Of a DNA stretch of 39,023 nt, positions 34,345 to 39,023 are shown piece by piece (position 1 is the stretch's first letter; each line of letters begins with the position of its first letter). A program made the translations under genes and the position numbers. The DNA comes from Octopus bimaculoides (lineage: Eukaryota), in assembly GCF_001194135.2 (NCBI RefSeq), contig NC_069005.1, positions 14,106,270 to 14,145,292 of the forward strand. Reading direction: 5' to 3'. The notes under the pieces were generated by a model. That model saw nothing but the letters and a program-made list of their open reading frames with translations. It did no database searches and was not told the origin of the DNA.

Positions 34345-34610
34345 AAAAACCATATGCCAAAGCAGACAGGAGAGAATGGTGCAGTCCTCTGGCTTGCCAG
34401 CTCCAGTCCAACTGTCTGCCATGCCAGTATGGAAAATAGATGTTAAATGATGACAATGATGATGGTAGTGGAAGCCATCACCCACAGCTGCTGCTATTGT
34501 GTGGGTGAAATTCACTTCTTGGCCATGTGGTTTGGGTTCAGCCCCATTGTGCTGCACCTTGAGCAAGTGAATTTGGTAGGCAGAAAGTGTGTGAACCATA
34601 CCCTCTGTGT
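34345..34610 (+). mobile_element. RTE-like tail fragment followed by a SINE head fragment
   Basis: ..CCATGCCAGTATGGAAAATAGATGTTAAATGATGAC.., then GCTATTGTGTGG...GGGTTCAGCCCC. Confidence 0.6.
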
Positions 34611-35805
34611 ATGTCTGCAGTAAGTTTACAATCTGTACTTGTATGGAGACAGCACTGAGCTGTAAACACTGAAATTTGGTAAAGATTGTCCTTTTAGCTC
34701 AGCACTTTTATTATGTGGGATGGAAAGAAAAAATCAGTAACAAGTGTTAGTGACAGAGAGAGTGTTTAGCAATGCCTCTGTAATATGTACTCATCTAACC
34801 TATGCTAGCATAGAAAAACAGATGTCAAACAAATTATAAATAGGTATTTGTACTTTTTTTTTTATGTGATTAAGTTTCTATGTTTACTAACTTGTGACTG
34901 GGTTGTTCAAGATAAAAAAAGTTGCTTACTGGAATATTTTCATAGGTAATGTCACCAATGACTATCATATCTCATGCTAGTCTGATAAGTCAGTTACTTG
35001 ATTTCTTTTATTCTTTATATATTTTTCTAATGGTAATTGAGCCAAGAAGTATGTGCAATGGATTTGATAAGAGGGAAAGCGTGGTATAATACACTGGTCC
35101 TTTCTTAGGGTTGTTGGGTATAAATGACAACTGCAGCTGGGCTTGGAAAACCAGTTTATGGACTTAGTTTATTTTCTCTTGCTTTTTTGCACCAGCTATA
35201 TTTACTGTTTGTTTGTTTGTTTGTTCAAACCCCAGAGTGGTAGATAGTGGATTTTATTTTTTTCTATTATAAGATACAGCATTGAATTTCTATTGTTATT
35301 GTTTTAAATATTTTAAATTGCAGTAGTTTTTTTCATGGTAAAGAAGTGACTGAAAGTGGGAGTTCTTGTTGCAGTATTAGTTAATTTGGTAAATATTGTT
35401 AATGAGTGAAAAACAGTATAGAGTGTTAGGAGGGAGGACAGTGTGTGCAGTAATCAGGTATGTTGCTACAGTAATGGGATAGAATCATGGAATAAAGTAC
35501 CATTGTAGTAACAGGCAAAGAATGTTGCATTTTTAGCTTAGTAGTAGTAGTAGTGGTAGTGAGGAGGAGAGAGGACAAGTTAAATATTGTCATCATCATT
35601 ATGTGCCAAGTGTTTAGTGAATGAAATGATTAGTTATTGCTCTAGCTGACAACTTGGGTAGATTTTGAAAGAATGTCACATTATTTTAGTATAGTTGTGT
35701 GGTAAGTGACATTTTGAAGTCACACATACACACACACAGCTGTTCTTGTAGGAAGGCTGGTACATGGGTCTGTTTGCTATTTCTATATATAGATAAGCTA
35801 TAGAC

Positions 35806-35870
35806 CAGTGGTTTTCAACTAGGGTCCACATGACACTGGGGAGTGGAGGTGGGGGGCATATATTTTGTTA
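35806..35870 (+). mobile_element. Possible hAT/Charlie-like MITE left terminus
   Basis: CAGTGGTTTTCAAC resembles hAT TIRs; the partner end was not found. Confidence 0.3.
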
Positions 35871-35884
35871 AAATTTATTTTTTC

Positions 35885-36170
35885 TCTTTTACTTAAGTCA
35901 TTTGACTGTGGCCATGCTGGGGTACTTACTGCCTTCAAGGATTTTAGTCAAATAAATTGACCCCAGTACCTTTTTTTTTAAAGCCTGGTACTTATTCTAT
36001 CAATCCCTTTTGCCAAACTGCTAAGTTACAGGGATGTAAACACCAACACCGGTTGTCAAGCCAGGCGGTGGGTGGGCAAAGACACACACATAGACATAAA
36101 CGTGTGTGTGTGTGTATACACACACACACACTCAATGGACTTCATTCAGTTTCTGTCTACCAAATCCACT
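35885..36170 (-). mobile_element. SINE family B, head-truncated
   Basis: Collinear with 29291-29600. Confidence 0.75.
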
Positions 36171-36399
36171 CTTTTACTATAGCTTTCACTCACACACACC
36201 ATCACTTGTAGATACGATCGCTGATTCACAAGCACTTGTAGACAAGTTTGTAGATTTGTTTTTAAAAAACAAGTCTAGAGTTGTTTGCTAAGAAGCTTTT
36301 TTTCACTCTCTATAAATTTCTGGGTAACATGCAGAAGCATTTGTTGTGGTAGTAGAAACTTTTGCACTTTGTTCAAAATTTGGATCTTGGGCTTGAAAA

Positions 36400-36458
36400 A
36401 TAAAACTTGTAAACCTGGGGTCTCGTAAATCGGGTCCTTGTAAAGTGAGGTATTACTG
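36400..36458. mobile_element. Possible pogo/Tigger-like terminus
   Basis: Reverse complement TA|CAGTAATACCTCACTTTACAAGGACCCG resembles Tigger-type TIRs; the partner end was not found. Confidence 0.35.
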
Positions 36459-36696
36459 TATAGAGAAACTAAGTGTAACTGTTCAGCAGTGTGGAAGTGG
36501 TATATATATGTTATTGCTGTTACTCTTGCTGATTTTTAGTGATAATAAAATAAAGCATCAAGCAGATTCTACTGTGTTGTTCTTAGTGTCCTTCTCAAAA
36601 ACTAGATGATGAATTAAATTTTGATCAGAGAGTTTTTAATTGTAAAATCATTCCAAAAACATTTGGTTTATGTATATGCACACACATATGCATGTA

Positions 36697-36879
<183 letters not shown>

Positions 36880-37135
36880 ACAGGCAAAACGCATGCACAC
36901 ATACACGCATGCACACACAGTTGTGTATTAGTAAAGAAACTCTTTTGCTAATTTGTTAATGCAGCAGCTCATTTTAATGTGACTTTGAAGTTTTATCAGG
37001 AGTTGGTTGGTGAAACCTCAAAAGTCACTGTCAGTAAAATTTTAACATTTAACTTTACACTTGTAGTGAGTACTTTCATTTACTTAATGTTCGCACTTAA
37101 TGCACACATGTACATGTACACACACATATATATTT

Positions 37136-37538
37136 AGGTACAGGTGTGGTTGTGTGATAAGAAGTTTGCTTCCCAGCCACATGGTTCCAGGTTCAGTCCC
37201 ACTGCATTTGCACCTTGGGCTAATGTCTTCTGTTATGGCCTTAGGCTGATCAAAGCTTTGTGAATGGATTTGTCAGATGGAAACTGAAAGAAGCCCACCA
37301 TGTGTGCATGTTCATGTGTTTTCCCATCTCCTTGCCTTATTACTATATGACAGTTGCAAGCAAATGTCAACATCATACAGGCAGTCCTTCATTTTGGATT
37401 TTCAGATACTTTTCTGGTCATTGGAAATGTGTGAGGGTTGGTGAGAGGAAAGGCATCTGGCTGTAGAAAATCTAATCCAACAAATTCCATCTGACCCACA
37501 TGGGCATAGGGAAGTGGACATTTATATGAAATAATGAT
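37136..37538 (+). mobile_element. SINE family C, full length
   Basis: Head GGTACAGGTGTGGTTGTGTGATAAG...CCAGGTTCAGTCCCAC; tail AGGAAAGGCATCTGGCTGTAGAAAA...CCCACATGGGCATAGGGAAGTGGACA. Confidence 0.75.
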
Positions 37539-38711
37539 TGTGTGTGTGTGTTCATTCAAAGCTGACCTTCGACTCCATTGCAACAATGCTTGTTGCTAAG
37601 AGGATGCACTGGATGGTACTCCCCACCCCACTATTCAATGGTGCACCCACAGATTCACTCCTTTTTAGTGATTTCACTTCAGCATTCTTACAAAATGGGG
37701 CCCACCCAGAATATTCTGAAGCACCTTAAGGCACCAAATTCTGACGATGGGCTTGATTGCTCTTCAGTTTCTTGGTGCATGTGATCCTTTAAGTAGCGGC
37801 AGTCATCTCTTTGATACCTGAAGTATCACACGTAGATACCTAGTAACCTTGAGGAGCAATAGTCGCCAGTTTTAAAAGAATAAACTCTATTGTACTTCCA
37901 AGTAAATGTGTTTAAGCCCAATTATTTGTCTTACTCAAAGTGAAAGTGCCACATTCATTTAATGGGTGATCTCTTAGTTTTAAAATAGGTTTTTACTTGC
38001 TCCAAAAACTGCATATATATATCACTAAGAGAAAGAAACATATTCATACGTTTCGAGCAGTGTTGCTACACATGAAACAAAAATATTTCTTAAATAGAAT
38101 TAAAAAAGTATTTGTTAAAGGTCAGTGGTGGATTTTAGAAATAGAGATTCCTTGTGCACATTAGGTATAGCTAAACTGAAGCTTTAAAACTGTGTACTGC
38201 TCTGAAATAACCTGCAGATCATAAAGATATGTTAGATGAATTTCTTTGTGTTTGATAAAGTTATTTTAAAATTGAAACTATNNNNNNNNNNNNNNNNNNN
38301 NNNNNNNNNNNNNNNNNNNNNNNNNNNNNNNNNNNNNNNNNNNNNNNNNNNNNNNNNNNNNNNNNNNNNNNNNNNNNNNNNNNNNNNNNNNNNNNNNNNN
38401 NNNNNNNNNNNNNNNNNNNNNNNNNNNNNNNNNNNNNNNNNNNNNNNNNNNNNNNNNNNNNNNNNNNNNNNNNNNNNNNNNNNNNNNNNNNNNNNNNNNN
38501 NNNNNNNNNNNNNNNNNNNNNNNNNNNNNNNNNNNNNNNNNNNNNNNNNNNNNNNNNNNNNNNNNNNNNNNNNNNNNNNNNNNNNNNNNNNNNNNNNNNN
38601 NNNNNNNNNNNNNNNNNNNNNNNNNNNNNNNNNNNNNNNNNNNNNNNNNNNNNNNNNNNNNNNNNNNNNNNNNNNNNNNNNNNNNNNNATATATATATAT
38701 ATATATATAAA

Positions 38712-39022
38712 AAGAATAAAAAGTTTTGAATGGTACGACAATGCACCATAATGCAAAAATGGACTCTAAACCTGTTGTAATTTAGTTATCCATAGTCGCT
38801 GCTATAATCTGTTTTCCAACGGAGCGGATTATAGCAGCGACTCCATCTAAGAATATCTGAAGAAGGAATTGTATTCCGAAATATCATCGGACTATAGATA
38901 ACTAAATTACAACAGGTATATAGTCCATTATTGTATTATAGTGCATTGTTGTACCATTCAAAACTTTTTATTCCTTACAAACAATACACAATGCTTCAAG
39001 CGAACTACAATACTCTCCTATA
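38712..39022 (+). mobile_element. Fold-back non-autonomous element, family H1 (second copy)
   Basis: Arms 38712-38797 / 38890-38976 and 38794-38811 / 38825-38842; right part homologous to 4107-4311; (TA)n at the left and TAT at the window edge. Confidence 0.7.
38851..38890 (+). ncRNA. Candidate minimal type-I hammerhead (family H1), stem I damaged
   Basis: AT-CTGAAGA-A-GGAAT(TGT)ATTCC-GAAA-TAT-C-AT: intact core, perfect 5-bp stem II and AUC triplet, but only 2 bp of stem I. Confidence 0.5.
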
Positions 39023-39023
39023 T

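Noticed and set aside
36190-36291. Reading LVDTIADSQALVDKFVDLFLKNK with repeated (C/T)TTGTAGA
   Set aside because: Too short and without splice support; may be a transposon remnant tied to the Tigger-like end at 36458, but unverified.

Overview
AT-rich, repeat-dominated eukaryotic (animal) DNA with seven N-gaps. I could not support any intact host protein-coding exon, rRNA, true tRNA gene or CRISPR array. The SINE repertoire looks like an octopus/coleoid cephalopod genome (inference from recalled repeat families, not verified). Contents: (i) at least four tRNA-headed SINE families (my labels A-D), including a ~2.1 kb head-to-tail array of about 11 family-A copies; (ii) TTAA-CCC (piggyBac-like) MITEs of two families; (iii) an internally deleted DD34D mariner with TIRs and TA TSD; (iv) decayed RTE-clade and CR1-like LINE fragments; (v) many microsatellites. 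The most interesting signal is a set of short, non-coding elements from 3-4 unrelated sequence families, most embedded in microsatellites and several folding back on themselves. Each carries a minimal type-I hammerhead-ribozyme-like motif with a palindromic stem III: 4139-4180, 38851-38890, 10493-10529, 10305-10353 and, more weakly, 32586-32630. They resemble Penelope-like pseudo-LTR or retrozyme-type mini-elements. All alignments and folds were done by eye.
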